From positions 265,546,001 through 265,610,000 of the forward strand of contig OZ024741.1 of NCBI GenBank assembly GCA_964016885.1: DNA of 64,000 nt, written 5' to 3'. This stretch comes from Eledone cirrhosa. Lineage: Eukaryota. The translations under genes were made by a program, and so were the position numbers. Under the pieces are notes generated by a model. The model made no database searches and was not told the origin of the DNA. It saw nothing but the letters and a program-made list of their open reading frames with translations. Below are positions 14,006-30,410 of this stretch, one piece after another. Numbering within the stretch: position 1 is the stretch's first letter; every line of letters begins with the position of its first letter.

Positions 14006-14286
14006 GTATTTGGGATTTGTTATTTAACCCCCACCTCGCATTTCCCTCACCTCAACTGTATCTCTACCATAATACAAACATTATATATATATATATATAG
14101 ATAGATAGATACACACACATATATTCCTGATGAGATGATTACATTCGAATGATGCAGTACTAGCCCTGTAGAAAGTCATTTCTATATCAAATAAATATGC
14201 TTCGTCTTTACTAACGTATTGAGTGCCTTATTTAACTCTAGTTTCTTTCCGATCCCTTTCGGAAAAGCCCCCCCCCCCCCTATCTT

Positions 14287-14319
<33 letters not shown>

Positions 14320-17099
14320 TGAGATTGAGATTGAGATAGAAAATGTTCATCAACACATACATACACATACGTATACATCTAATAATCATATATAAACAAT
14401 CTTTATTATTCCACTGTTATTACTATTACTATCATTATTTTAGTTATAGTTACTGATATTTTCGTTACAACGATAGTAAGTTAAATAGAAATAGCTTCGC
14501 GCCAGATCTTTAGTTTCTCTCTATTTTACTACGATTCCAGTTCAAATATGTGATGCTTTTCTAAAATAAACTTCTTGTATTATTCTGGGGGAGTTTCTTC
14601 AATAGACTTTAAAATCCCTTTAAATTATATATATATATATAAATAAAAATAAAGGGCATATATTTTTTACCATCATCACTACTGTATAACTAGCTCGTGT
14701 ATCTCTGTTTACCTAGAAAAATATCTGGTTTCCTGTTTGTTTTTATTAAGAAATCCTGTAGAAAATCGAGTTTACTTTTACGTCCCACTTATATCACAAT
14801 GTACTACCAGTGATGGTAGTGGCTCTCCGACAGTTACAACGAAGAGTATTCCTGTTGATTCGATCAACGGAACAGATAGCTCTGGAAATTAACGTGCAAG
14901 TGGCTGAGTATTCCACAAATGCGTACCTTTAATGTAGATGTCAGGGAGTGACTACCAGTGATATATTGGTATTAAATAATCTTTGTATATTGCACCTGTT
15001 GTTCTATATGTAAAAGTGTGTTAAATGTAATGTTATTTTATTATATTTAACCGTTTTAGTAGCAAAACAACACTGGTTCCATGATTCAAGACTATTTTTA
15101 AAGTGTTTATAGTTATCTAAAAACCTTAATAATTTTATGTAAGAACCCATGTAACGAAACTGTTAAACTGTTTACATTTATCTTATAAACCTTCCATCTT
15201 GATATTATACAAGAACCTTTCTTATGTTCCAAACTTAATAACGACAAAGTTATATTATTAAAGCTCTCAAACATCTTCATTATTTTCAAAATAATTTGAA
15301 AATCAAAAGCTATATCTTTCATTCGAAATATTATTGAAAAATATCTTGTTCGATTCACGGGTTTCATTGCGTATTAGGATTAAGCTTGGTTAAAATTAAG
15401 GCTCCATTATAGGGTCAGTGTTTACATTATCCTGTTTGTTGTTTAGTTGTAGGTAAGCCTCCAAGTTTTGCAGACTTATGATGATTTAAGTATGTCTACA
15501 TGTTACCAACTCGCCTTTTCCGACATAGTTTATCTCAGATGAAAACATCTAATGTACGTTTTAAAGTACCAGTAATGCATTGGGATAATTGCTGGCCTTG
15601 TGCCAAAAGTAGAAACAATTATCTAATGTACGTTTTATTTTTTGGCGCCTTTTTATTATTGCTCCGTAATTTAAATTAAAACGAACGTTGTATAAATTAG
15701 GGTAGGGGTTTTATATTGATCAATTTTTTATCATTACACCCTACTCCTAGAAGGATGTTATTGTGGTCTCGATGGTGGTGGGGGGTGGGGTGGTCTAAGA
15801 AAACTAATAATTTACGATGTTTTCGAAGGCCATGTTCGCTCAAAACATCAAAAATCATAGGATAAACATATTTTGCCCTAAAAAAATCTAACTAAACCTA
15901 TAAACTAGCTACTCTTTAAATTATTAAAAACATTTTTTTACTATTGCACCTGTCTCCAAATGGTTGTAATCAAAATTTACCATGTGTTGGAGATTTGGCT
16001 ATTATTTTTAGCAGGTTGATCGACCACGTAAGGTTTATGTATCTCTTGGTAGATCCAGGTCTGCTCTGCTTAAAATTATTCCACAAAATGATATATATAC
16101 GACATTGTTCTAAATTTGAAAATATGTTTACAAAATTGTTCCTGCAACTAGTCCACTCTGTAAAGTGGTAGTGCTGGTGTCACGATAAATTACATAAAGT
16201 ACAAAATTATTGAAATACTTTAACGTCAATTTTCCACTTTAGCATGGGTTTGACGGGTTTGTCCCATTTGAGGCAAATTGAGTCAGATGACCGTGTCTCA
16301 TTCATATAGGACTGATTCTGACTGGATGTCCTTCCTAACACCAACCACATTTACAGTGTGTGTTAAGTGCTTTTTGTCGTGACACATACATGACCACTTT
16401 ACAGTGTGGGCTGGGAGCTTTTTGTCGTGACACCTACACGACCACTTTACAGTGTTAGGCTGGATGTTTTGCGGTACCAACATAATATATATTGTTATAC
16501 TTGGGGAGGGTAATATTGTTATAATATTACCAGAAATAATAACAGAACACACTCACTGTTTGGTTTGGGTTGGTTTTCGCTTATGACCCTCCCCAAGTAT
16601 AACAATATTTGTTTCGACACACGATTTCATATCAAAAACTTTGCAAAACAAATATATATATATATATTTGTGTGTATATGCATATATCATCATCATCATT
16701 TTACGTCTAGCATGGGTCATAATATTGCTAATAGCTTTGAACGTATTTAATTTTTGGATTCCTAGATTTGTATGTCATACATTACTGGATATATGAACAG
16801 TGATAAGTGGGAGAACAAGCAACGTGTCGTGTGTGTGTGTATCATAATCATCGTTTAATGTTCAATTTTCGTGCTTGTATGGGTTGTCACGTTTATGAGA
16901 CAAGTCAGGTCCAGACACCATGTCTTGCTCATACGGATCTGTATTTTGGCTTGATTTCTACAAATCGAAGTGTTAGGAAGGATGCCCTTCCTATTGTGTG
17001 GATTGGTCACTTTTTATCGTGGCAACAAAATGACCACTTTACAGTATGACCACTTTACAGTATGGACTGGGTGCTTTTTCTTGTTTCACCATCACATTG

Positions 17100-17880
17100 A
17101 GTGTTCTTGCAGTACAGCATGGCACAAGAGGTCTTGATCCTGTGCCATCTTCTTTGTGAGGTTTAATTGGGCAAAGTCAGCTTTTATCACTTCATCCCAA
17201 TTTTTCATAGGTCTTCCTCTTTCGTAATTACCATGAATTTTGAGTGGCCTGCACTTCTTTATACATGTCAACCTCCATATGCATCACATGTCCAAACTAC
17301 CACAATCTCCTCTCCTGTACACTGCATCTGACCCCTCTTAAGCCTAGTTTCTATCTCAGTTCACCGATGTTTTATCGTTCATGTATACTATTATTACATA
17401 TCCATTGGAACATGGGCTTCATTTCTTTCCAATCTTCATAGATCCTCTTCACATATTGCTCAGGCTTCACCTCCCTGTATCATTGATATTATACACAGGT
17501 TTCATAGAATCTACTTTTCACTTTGAGAGAAAAACCTTTTGTAACTTTTTCCATCCTATTCTAACTCTGGCTACTATATTTTCTGAACACCCACAACCAC
17601 TGTTAATTTGGTCCCCTAGGTAATAGAAGTTGTTGACTACTTCTATGGAGCCTTCTCGCCATTTCTTGTGAGGTCTTGCTCCTTACCACTCCTATGCATT
17701 AACTACATACAAAGCCTACACTTTTTGCTAGCCTGCCTGAGATCCCACTACATTTCTTGTGTACCCATAGTTTATGTTGGGAACATAGGATGGAATTTCT
17801 ACTTACTCCTTTCCTGCACACTGAGCAAGATCCCTGAAGTGATCTGGGACCTATTTTCCCTTCTACTTATTAGAATCAGA
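17100..17880 (-). mobile_element. Degenerate RTE LINE fragment
   Basis: diverged antisense match to the RTE C-terminal region; stops and indels; a similar piece lies at 18850-19390. Confidence 0.7.
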
Positions 17881-18349
17881 GTCTTTTTATATATGTGGAC
17901 GGAAACTCCTTATTTAAAATTGTTTATAACTTTATTAATTATTGGACAGTTTTCATAAATGTTTCATTTTGAACAGTAGAATAGTAGAAGTACACTACAG
18001 TGTTAAAATTCTACATAGGCACCAGTGTTGTCCACTAGTATTTGTAATTGTCTGGGTATATCTTCAACTGACTTCATCAGGAACTCAGGTGGCATGTTGG
18101 TCAGTACATGACATACGTTCCTCCACTTAAGCCAGAGGTTTTGGGGGTTTTGAGCTATAAACTTTTTACTGGCCATTCATGTGCACCTTCGACAACCCAA
18201 CCAATGTCTTAAAAATTGGACACAAACAGTGCATGCAAAATGAGGAGGGACCCCATCTTGCATGCATATGAGATCATTGAATTGTCTTAAGTGGCTACAG
18301 TAGGCCAAAAGTTATGTTATTTTCAATAGGGAGTTTCTTTTTACCCACC

Positions 18350-18385
<36 letters not shown>

Positions 18386-19742
18386 AGAGGTGCACTAGCA
18401 ACCGAAATGTATAATAAAGTTATATCTGTATAAATACAGAGTGTATCTGAGACTGCATCACCATGTATAAATATATATACTTATCTAATTTGTAGGCATG
18501 TAAACATTACTGTTTATTATCTATTTTCCATGATTGCATGAGTTAGATGGGTTGGCATGTTCTGTGACTAGGTAGGGAAGATGACTATGCATTGCTCATA
18601 TGTTCCATTCAGGGTGCCATAGCTAGATGCCTATCCTAGTGTCAACCACTTCACAGTGTAGTGTGAGAAGGGAAAGTGGTGGAAAGAGTGAGAAGTTGTT
18701 GTGTAGCAGTGGCCTGTCAAAGGTACATCTGTCTTTCTATATTGGTATAGGTTGGGTGAATGAGGAGCAAACCAAGACTGTGATGTAGATAGAGAGACTA
18801 GTTGTGTTTCATTCTACTTGAGTGAGGTGGGTGCAGGTCTTCTGCGGTATACTATATCACCAGTTGACTTGATCTTGTATCATCTCCTTTGTGATGTCAG
18901 CATTGGCCATATCATTCCAAGTTTTTTCTGGGCCTACCTCTTCCACAATTTCCATCAAGTTAGTGAACACAGCACTTTTTTTATGCAGCTTTCAGCCTTC
19001 ATATGCCTCACATGTCCAAACCGTTACAATCTTTTCTCTAATATGTTCAACTTTTCTCTCAGTTCATTGATACTTTGTCTCATACACACTAACATTACAC
19101 ATCTATCAGAGCATGTTTGCTTCATTTCTTTCCAATCTTTGCAGATTCTCTGCATTCAAGGCTCACTTATCACTTACATACAGCATCACTGTTCTCACAC
19201 AGGCATCATACAACCTTCCTTTCATTCTGAAGGAGAAGAAGAGTTAATAGCTCCCTCAATTTTTTTTCACCTGGTTCTCACTCTAGTTAATATACTTCCA
19301 GAAGACCTTACTCCATTGCTAATTAAGTCATCTAGGTAGCAGAGACTGCCAATCACATCTAAGGAGCCATCAGAGCACTTGATAGAGTCTATTTCAGTCA
19401 TTGGCAAACTGTGGCCCATTTGGCTTTCTGAATGGCACGCCTAATTTCAAAATTACCGTGAGTTTTTTTAGTAGTGCAGCCTGCCTGATGATGAGCCACA
19501 TCCTATGGGGCCCACTGCTTGAAAAAAGTTGCCCATGTCTGGTCTATTTAATATGAGCATTTACTGTTAACAGCTTCTACTTTGTGTCCGAAAAAAAGAA
19601 ACTTTGCATGGCCTTCGGACATATTTGAGAGGTTCATGAATATAAAGTCTTTTTCTTTTCAGCCTTCTTTTCCCAAATTGTGCCATCATTTACTCGTTTT
19701 AATTATAAGGGGATTTTTATGTTTTTTCCTTTCTTATTCTAG

Positions 19743-19943
<201 letters not shown>

Positions 19944-20663
19944 TGAAACCTTTCTGTCATAATTTTATGTAAGAACTTCCATAAGTTATGTTCTAAACAC
20001 TTATTTAATTATGAAAATGTTTAGGGTGGTGAATTGGCATAGTTGACATAATTTGGTAGAGCGTTGGATAAAATACTATTGTGATATTTATTCTGAGGTC
20101 AACTCTGCCTCTTATTTTTCTGAAGTCGATAAAATAAAGAACCAGTCAAGCACTGGGGTTGATTTAATCGACTTTGTCCTTCCCTTAACCCTTTAGTATT
20201 TAAACTGGCCATATCTGGCCAAAATTCTCTCACCTCTTTCTGTTCAAACTGGCTGCTCATACTGACATTAAGGTACTCTTCTCAAAATAAATAACATTGA
20301 AATTTTGTAGAATCGATATTATGCAAGATAAAACCTTTACCACAAAAATACAATAGTATATATAGAGTAATGTAAATGGGGTTAAGAAACTAAAAAAACC
20401 TCCTTTTACTAATTCCATTGAAGACTTGTTAAGTATCTGTGCATGTACATGCATTTTTACATATAGCATACATTGCATGTATACACATAGCATACATACA
20501 TACATACATGCATGCATGTGTACATATAGCATACATGCATGTGTATACATTGCATACACATACATACATACATGCATGCATGTGTACATATAGCATACAT
20601 GCATGTGTATACATTGCATACAATTCTAGTGTACTTACTCAATTATGATGTTTCTCTTTGCAG

Positions 20664-20702
20664 TAGGCAGAAATGGATCTGGAAAAAGCAATTTCTTCTA
20701 TG
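20664..20702 (+). CDS. SMC3: SMC3 exon 3, Walker A (GRNGSGKSNFFY)
   Basis: ttgcag acceptor; P-loop GxxGxGKS; frame requires a GCAAGT donor. Confidence 0.95.
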
Positions 20703-21468
20703 GCAAGTAACAAATATTTCTTTATTGTTGCAATAACTTTGGGGCTGGACAGAACTTTTCACACATTTATATACCTCCTCTGCCATCCTACACTACTACA
20801 GTAGCTAGAATGAAATATGTATGGTGGAAGTTCCAGGAGCAGGAGTGGTGTGTCACTGAGACTGAAGGGAAAGGTGTATGCTGCATATGTGAGAAGTGAC
20901 ATGATTTATGGTAATGAGACATAGGCGATGAATGTAGAGGAGCAGAGAAGGCTGGAAAGAACTAAAATGACAATGGTCTGGTGGATAAGTGGGGTATTGT
21001 TCAGAGAGAGGAGGACAAACAATGAATTGTAGAGGAACAATGGGAACAGAGCCAGTAATGAATGTGAAGAGAAATGGGATGATATGGTTAGGTCATGTGT
21101 TGAGGAACGATGAAAGTAACTGGGTGAGAGGAGCAGTGGAAATGAATGTAACAGAAAGTAGAAGATGGACGATTAAGAAAGATATGGCTAGAGATGATGG
21201 AGAAAGAAATGAAAGCCAGTGAGTGGGATTCAGATGATACAGCAAAATAGAGAAGCTTATCATGGGACCCCACAAGTTTAACTCTTGCTTTAGAGGGAAA
21301 GATGGCTTTACAACTCTTGTTGTCTTCCTACAATACACACCCTGGTTATATCAGCCACAGTCATCAGCATTTGCCCTTTATTCTTCCTTTTTTTACTTTT
21401 CAGTGTATCACCCTTCTACTTTTTATAATACACTGGTCTTGTTATTGTCTTCCTAAGAAACCATCAGT

Positions 21469-22048
<580 letters not shown>

Positions 22049-22928
22049 TAATTTAACTAACAACCACTGTAGTTTGGTGTTGTATTGTAGAATAAATTTA
22101 GAATCAATATAAACAGTTGTTAATTTTGCATCAGCCCAATATATGTAAGTATATGTATATATACTTAAATAAGTTATGTTGGTACCACAAAACATCTAGC
22201 CCACACTATAAAGTGGTCGTGTAGGAGACACGACAAAAAGCACCCACCACACACTGTAAATGTGTAGAAAACCAGCCAGATACAGTCCTACACGAGCGAG
22301 ACACGGTCACCTGACCGAATTTGACTCAAATGGGACAAACCCGTCTAACCCATGCTAGCATGGAAGATAGACATTAAAGGATGATGATAATGATATATAT
22401 ATATATATATAGGAGATGAATAAATTGGGTATGAGACCCGTTTATTACCAAATGCCAGAAAGCTGTATGTATTAACCACTTAAGGAAGAATACAGAGCAT
22501 AACATTTTTAAAATCAATTGACAATCAAAGAAGGTATTTCAAATGATTTTCTTAATGTCTACACGTGTTTCAAATTCAGTATTGCCAGGTAACATTAGAG
22601 CTTCCGTTATCTAGATACTGAATTAATGTCCCGATGAGTGTTACCTGGTGATATTGAAGTTGAAAAGATGTAGACATTTATATAAAATTATTTGAAAAAC
22701 CTTCTTTGGTTGTCTGGTTGTCAATTGATTTCATCATTTCATCATTTCATTTTACGTCTGCTTTTCCCTGCTTGCAAGGGTGGGACCAATATTTATATAT
22801 ATATATATATAACCAATATTTATATATATATATATATATAACATCACATTCCAGAAGAGTGGGAATAACATTTATTGCATAACATTGACACGTTTCATCA
22901 TATGTGTTACATATCAGTCTCTCTCTCG

Positions 22929-22989
<61 letters not shown>

Positions 22990-23076
22990 TGCAATACATA
23001 AAGACTCATAAATATCTACAATTAGCCATCAATATAAAATCGCAGATCTGAGACAGAATTCTTTATATTACTCTAG

Positions 23077-23156
23077 ATTGATAAAGATGAAGTTGTCCTC
23101 CGTCGTGTTATTGGCTCCAAGAAAGACCAATATTTTTTAGACAAGAAAATGGTCAC
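23077..23156 (+). CDS. SMC3: SMC3 exon 5 (IDKDEVVLRRVIGSKKDQYFLDKKMVT)
   Basis: ctctag / GTAAGT, in frame. Confidence 0.96.
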
Positions 23157-24837
23157 GTAAGTATTAGATTCTGCTTTTATTTCCTTCATTTTACCCTCCG
23201 CCCTTTTTTTATTTGTGTAAGTATTTGATCAATTTTGACCATACACACTTGCACCTCTCTAAGACAATGTCACTGGACCGAGATCTTTGTCACCAAGCAG
23301 TAATACAGAAGACCCGCCTTGCCTATGAACAAAGTGAAACCTCCTGTCAGTAGGCACCTCTTAACCAAATATACACCCAAACCACTACTCCTACTCCATC
23401 TTCCCACTCCCACCAACACCACCCTTTCTCTGTAAAGTTATGTTGGTACCACAACATGCAGTCCAAACTAATGAGGTCGTGTAGGTGTCATGACAAAAAA
23501 ACACACAGTCCACACTGTAATGTGGTTGTGTAGGTAACATGTTAAAAAGGCTCTCAGTCCACACTGTAAATGTGGTTGGTGTTAGGAAGGGCATCCAGCC
23601 GTAGAAAACCTGCCAAATAGTCTTATACGAGTGAGACAGGGTCACCCGACCAATCTTGCCCCAAGTGGGACAATTCCCATCTAACCCATGCTAGCGTGGA
23701 AGATAGGGCATTAACCGATCATGATGATGATATATATATCAGTAAATGGTTGACAGCTGAGAGAAAAGTGTACTCAATATCAAAGTAATTTAAATATTCA
23801 TTTCATTTTATTAAGACTAAATAGTGTGTCTTGTTACTATTTAGCCTTAATAAAATGAATATAAATAAATATGTGTGTGTGTATATATATATATGCTTGT
23901 GTATATAGTTTATGTATATATATTGCAGTGAAAAATCAGAAGGTTGTATCCAAAGTTCGTAGAGCACTCAGTCCAAATGACAAGTTGTGTATAGAGTTAG
24001 TTCCACAACAATTACTGAATCATACTTAAGAACGTTCTCAAGTATGGTTTAGTAATTGTTGTGAAATTAGCTTTCTCTCTCAAGAGAGAGAAAGTCTATC
24101 TTATATATATGTCCATCTTCCATGCTAGCGTGGAAGATGATGATATATATATACATATATATATATATATGTATGTATGTATGTGTGTAAATGATAAACA
24201 GAAATAACAACACAAACGGTACAGTATATGGAAGGAAAATATATATATATATACACACACACATATATGTATATATTTGTGTGTATATGAGTAAACGTGA
24301 TTAGAAAGCTTTTGAATTGAATCATAAACTTTGTCATAATTTTTTACTACAGAAAAACAAGTGAAGTTATACATATTTGTACATATATATTTTATATATA
24401 TATACACACACACACATACACACATGCATATATATGTGTATATATATATATATATAGATGTGTGTGTGTGTGTATATATATAAATAGCTTTTTCCCACTA
24501 ACTTTCTATTTCATCTGTTATTAAAAGAAAGGGGGGCAGTCCACTCTGTGATGTAGTCGTGTAGGTAACACAGTAAAAAGCTCCCAGTCCACACTGTAAT
24601 AGATAGTCCTATACGAACGAGACACGGTCACCCGGCCAATCTTGCCTCAAGTGGGACAATTCCCATCTAACCCATGCTAGAATGGAAGATAGACGTTAAA
24701 TGATGATGATGATGATTTCTCATTCTATCTTCTGATGAAAGAGTAGTGTCCAAAACATAAAAACTCCTTTCCTACTATATCAAGCGTTAAACTAATATAT
24801 TTCTCCATTGTACTGTGTTTGCTTTGTGGTTTCTGTT

Positions 24838-24885
<48 letters not shown>

Positions 24886-25397
24886 AGTGTGTGTATATAT
24901 AAGTCTGCCAATAAAATGTATACACACTTCAGGATAAGAAAACCTAATTTACTACAGTACCCTTTCTTATCATAATTTGATCAAACTTTTCGAAAGGTAT
25001 TTAAAGAAGTGAAATATTTATACAAGTTTTTCTTTTCCTGAAGTGTGTATACATTTTTTTGGTGGACCCTGTGTGTGTCTGAAGTAGGGAAATGTGGACG
25101 TAAAATGATGATTATATATATATAAACGGAAAAAAATGAAACAAAATTTCATTTCCCACTCTTAGTACGGCTGTTACTTAAATATAAGTATGTACACGTA
25201 CGTACATACATACATGTATACAGACGTACAGTAGTATGTATACATATATATACATACATGCACACATATATATATATGCACGTATGGATTCACCGAACAT
25301 TTATTATGATGCTCGGTGTGTTTGTAAACAAACATCCCGTATTAAGCCGTAGTGTCTAGCAACCATCGTTGCTCATTTGTTCAACACTGACAAAGGA

Positions 25398-25440
25398 ACG
25401 CTGTACTAGTTTCAAGCTTATTAGCTATCGTCAGCAACGT
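25398..25440 (-). ncRNA. Minimal type I hammerhead ribozyme (Penelope-type)
   Basis: minus strand ACGTTG-CTGACGA-tAGCTaataAGCTt-GAAAC-TA-GTA-CAGCGT; 6-bp helix I, palindromic helix III. Confidence 0.7.
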
Positions 25441-25447
25441 ATACCCT

Positions 25448-26627
25448 TCATCATCATCATCATCATCAGCGTTTAACGTCCGTGTTCCACGCTTGCATGG
25501 GTTTGGACGGGGGTAGTCCCACTTGAGGCAAGAGTGATTGTCTTGCTCGCATAGGACTGTCTGGCAGGTTTTCTACAGTTGGATGCCCTTCCTAACACCA
25601 ACCACATTTACAGTGTGGGTCTGGGAGGTTTTTACCGTGTTGCCTACACGGCCACATTACAGCGTGGACTGTGTGTTTTTTTGTCGTGACACCTACACGA
25701 TCTCATTTGTTTCGGCCTCGATGGCGCGGCACCAACATAACTTTACATAGAACGGGGTGGTGTGGATCGGGTGGGGGTGGTGGGACGGGGTGTATTTGTT
25801 AGAGATGCCTACTGGCTGGAGTAGGTTTTACTATATATTTAGGTAAGGCGGGTCTTCTCTGTTACTGAGTACCGCCAAAGGTCTCGGTCCAGTGACATTG
25901 TCTTGGAGAGGTGTAAGTGTGTGATGTCGGAGTTTATCAGCTCGTCCCAGGTTTTTCTAGGTCTGCCTATTCCGTGACTACCGTCTATCTTTATTGCCCT
26001 GCACTTTGTTATACAGCTATCGACTTTCATGCGCATCACGTGTCCATACCAACGTAGCCTTCTCTCGAGTAAACAACATCTGATCCCTCTTATCTCTAAT
26101 TTTTTCCTTAGTTCGTTTATGCTTTGCCGTTCACGTATATTACTGTTACACATCCAGCGGAGCATGCAAGCTTCGTTCCTCTCTAGTCTGCGTATATCCT
26201 CTGCACACAATGCCCAGGTCTCACTGCCATGCAGCATTGCTGTTCGTATGCAGGCATCGTACAACCTGCCTTTCATTTTTAGTGAGAACCCTTTAGCAGC
26301 TAATAGTGGTATAAGCTCTCTGAACTTTTTCCAACCAGTTCTGACTCTAGCTACAGTACTTTCAGAGCACCCTCCCCCACTGCTGATTTTATCGCCCAGG
26401 TAACGGAAGCTGTCCACTATTTCTATAGAACCCTCTGCGCAATTGAAAGAGCTAGTAGTTTGTGGGCACTTGCTGCTACTTATTGCACCAGAGCACCGGC
26501 CACATGTAAAATCTATGTTCTTAGTTAGCCTACCTGTGATCCCACTACATCTTTTATGCACCCATACTTTGCATTTAGGACATAAAATGGAGTTTCTACC
26601 TACGCCTTTCCTACACACCGAGCACGA
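25448..26627 (-). mobile_element. Young 5'-truncated RTE LINE (antisense, SMC3 intron 5)
   Basis: ORF 25839..26666 nearly identical to the C-terminus of the 50922 ORF; full 3'UTR and (GAT)n tail. Confidence 0.95.
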
Positions 26628-26834
26628 TGTATACACACACACACACACAAGCACATATATATACATATATATAGTAATATTTGTTTGTTAGCCTTGTGTC
26701 AAACATTGTTATTGGTAAGATTTGAACTCAGTAACAACCCTTTTCATTCAAATCCTGCTGTCATTAGGTTTGCCTTTCACCCTTGTATTATTTAATCAAC
26801 TTTGCTTTTCTCTTTAAATTGTTTTGTGTTCTAA

Positions 26835-26951
<117 letters not shown>

Positions 26952-27544
26952 TAATATTTATAAAAAGGAAGTTTGTTTGTATGTTGACCACTAATAACAT
27001 GAAATAAAACTGCAAATAATGGTTTTCCTTTTGTTTTTAACTAATCTGATCTTCAATATGCTCGACATGAACTTTTTCTCCAAAAACAGAACGAGGGAGA
27101 TTTTACTGCTTTTTCTAGCAAAAAATGACTGTGGCAATTTGTAATTTATAAATACTGATTCTTAGCTATCTCTCTGTTTTTCTGCAATGTGAGCCTGCAT
27201 CTTATGTGGTCAAATGGTGCCCCAACTTCCCACTTTATTAAAAAAAATGCCTTTATATTCAAAACCCTTATATAAAAGTGCCTCAGTATATCAATATTTT
27301 GAAGTTAGTATAACATCAGAAAGTCCCGGAAAAGAACAATAGCCATGGGGGTCAGAATTATCTCCCTTAACATTGTCATACAGCTTCATGTGGAACAGGA
27401 TGTTAGTAGTTATAGAGCTTGTTTATGTTTATGAAACAAAATATTTTCCGACCATATCTGTTGAAAATGGTATAAGATGTCTGTGTGTCTGTCTGTCGAT
27501 CTTCTTTCTGTGTCCCTGATTTCAGTTTCCTATAGTAAATCTCG

Positions 27545-27985
27545 CTATCCCTCCAGCCAACCTGTCTGTCCCTCCATCTATTCCTCCAGCCAACCTGTCT
27601 GTTTATCATCCCTCCATCCAACGCACCTATATCTCCATCCAACCCATCTATTCCTCTATCCAACCTGTCTATCTCTCCATCCAACCCATTATTCCTCCAT
27701 CCAACCTGTCTATCTCTCCATCCAACCCATCTATCTCTCCATCCAACCCATCTATCTCTCCATCCAACCCATCTATCTCTCCATCCAACCCATCTATCTC
27801 TCCATCCAACCCGTCTATCTCTCCATCCAACCCATCTATCTCTCCATCCAACCCATCTATATCTCCATCCAACCCATCTATCTCTCCATCCAACCCATCT
27901 ATATCTCCATCCAACCCATCTATCTCTCCATCCAACCCATCTATATCTCCATCCAACCCATCTATCTCTCCAGCCAACCTATGTC
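27545..27985. repeat. 21-bp minisatellite (ccatccaacccatctatctct)
   Basis: about 20 units; produces the spurious GEIDGLD and LSIQPIY ORFs. Confidence 0.95.
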
Positions 27986-28285
27986 TCTATTTTTCTGGGG
28001 TGATAAAATTAAGCACCAGTGAAATCCTTCCAAAATTGCTGGTCTTGTCCTTAAATTAGAAACCATTTTCATCCTTCAGGGTTGATAAAATAAATTACCA
28101 GTAACGAACTGCAGTCGATTTAATTAACTTCCCCTTCCCCCAAAATTGGTGGCCTTGTGCCTAAATCAGAAACCATTATTATTTTCACTTCAGTGATGAC
28201 CCTTTCTTTGATATAAACCCCACCTTGTAATGTGTTGTCCTTGTATTGCCCCTAATATCTTGAACCCTTGTGGCCAATAAAATAA

Positions 28286-28597
<312 letters not shown>

Positions 28598-29084
28598 TAG
28601 AATATATGAGCAAGAAGTGCTCCTCTGATCTGTCTGATCGCGGATTGTGACCTGTCCAACCCATGCGAGTGTGGTGTCAGGAAGAGCACCTGACTGTAAA
28701 ACATTGCCTCAAAACATCCGTCCAACCCATAGAATAAAGTACCAGTAATGCACTGGGTAATTGCTGGCCTTGTGCCTAAAGTAGAAACAATTATTTTATG
28801 TGACCTGTCCAACCCATGCGAGTGTGGTTGGACAGGTCACATAAAATAATGATGATTTTGGTGTTTTTTGGTGTCACCATACAATGTACTCAGTCATCAT
28901 CATCATCGTTTTTTATCTATTTTTTCATGTTGGCATGGGTTGGACGGATGTTTTGAGGCAATGTTTTACAGTCAGGTGCTCTTCCTGACACCAACTTTTT
29001 TTTGTTGCTTCTTATGATATGCAGTGATATGGTATGGTGTATCTATTCTAAAACTCCTGGTACACATTAGTCACTTCTTATGAA

Positions 29085-30410
29085 CCACAGGGATACAGTG
29101 TACCTATTATACGATATACAGGGATACAGTGTACCTATTCTACAACATACAGGGATACAGTGTAACTATTCTATCACATATAACGATACAGTGTACCTAT
29201 TCTACGACATACAGGGATACAGTGTACCTGTTCCATGACACAACGATACAGTGTACCTATTATATGACACACAGATACAGTGTACCTATTATATGACACA
29301 GAGATACAGTGTACCTATTATATGACACAGAGATACAGTGTACCTATTATATGACACAAGGATACAGTGTACCTATTATATGACACAGAGATACAGTGTA
29401 CCTATTATATGACACAGAGATACAGTGTACCTATTATATGACACACAGATACAGTGTACCTATTATATGACACAGAGATACAGTGTACCTATTATATGAC
29501 ACAGAGATACAGTGTACCTATTCTATGACGCAGAGATACAGTGTACCTATTCTATGACACAGAGATACAGTGTACCTATTCTATGACACAGAGATACAGT
29601 GTACCTATTCTATGACACAGAGATACAGTGTACCTATTCTATGACACAGAGATACAGTGTACCTATTATATGACACAGAGATACAGTGTACCTATTATAT
29701 GACACAGAGATACAGTGTACCTATTATATGACAGAGATACAGTGTACCTATTTTATGACACAGAGATACAGTGTACCTATTCTATGACACAGAGATACAG
29801 TGTACCTATTCTATGACACAGAGATACAGTGTACCTATTCTATGACACAGAGATACAGTGTACCTATTATATGACACAGAGATACAGTGTACCTATTATA
29901 TGACACAGAGATACAGTGTACCTATTATATGACACAGAGATACAGTGTACCTATTATATGACAGAGATACAGTGTACCTATTTTATGACACAGAGATACA
30001 GTGTACCTATTCTATGACACAGAGATACAGTGTACCTATTCTATGACACAGAGATACAGTGTACCTATTCTATGACACAGAGATACAGTGTACCTATTCT
30101 ATGACACAGAGATACAGTGTACCTATTATATGACACAGAGATACAGTGTACCTATTATATGACACAGAGATACAGTGTACCTATTATATGACAGAGATAC
30201 AGTGTACCTATTATATGACACAAGGATACAGTGTACCTATTCTACATCACAGAGATACAGTGTACCTATTATATGACACAGAGATACAGTGTACCTATTA
30301 TATGACAGATACAGTGTACCTATTATATGACACAAGGATACAGTGTACCTATTCTACATCACAGAGAAACAGTGTACCTATTATATGACATACAGGTATA
30401 CAGTGTACAT
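29085..30410. repeat. 29-bp minisatellite (gacacagagatacagtgtacctattatat)
   Basis: about 45 head-to-tail units without unique spacers. Confidence 0.97.

Noticed and set aside
27403-28022. Collagen-like or acidic repeat protein (GEIDGLD)n
   Set aside because: 21-bp minisatellite open in several frames, with no splice or homology support
29085-30410. CRISPR-like regular 29-bp repeats (also 37 bp at 57600 and 43 bp at 56610)
   Set aside because: Units are head-to-tail with no unique spacers, there are no cas genes, and the context is a eukaryotic intron
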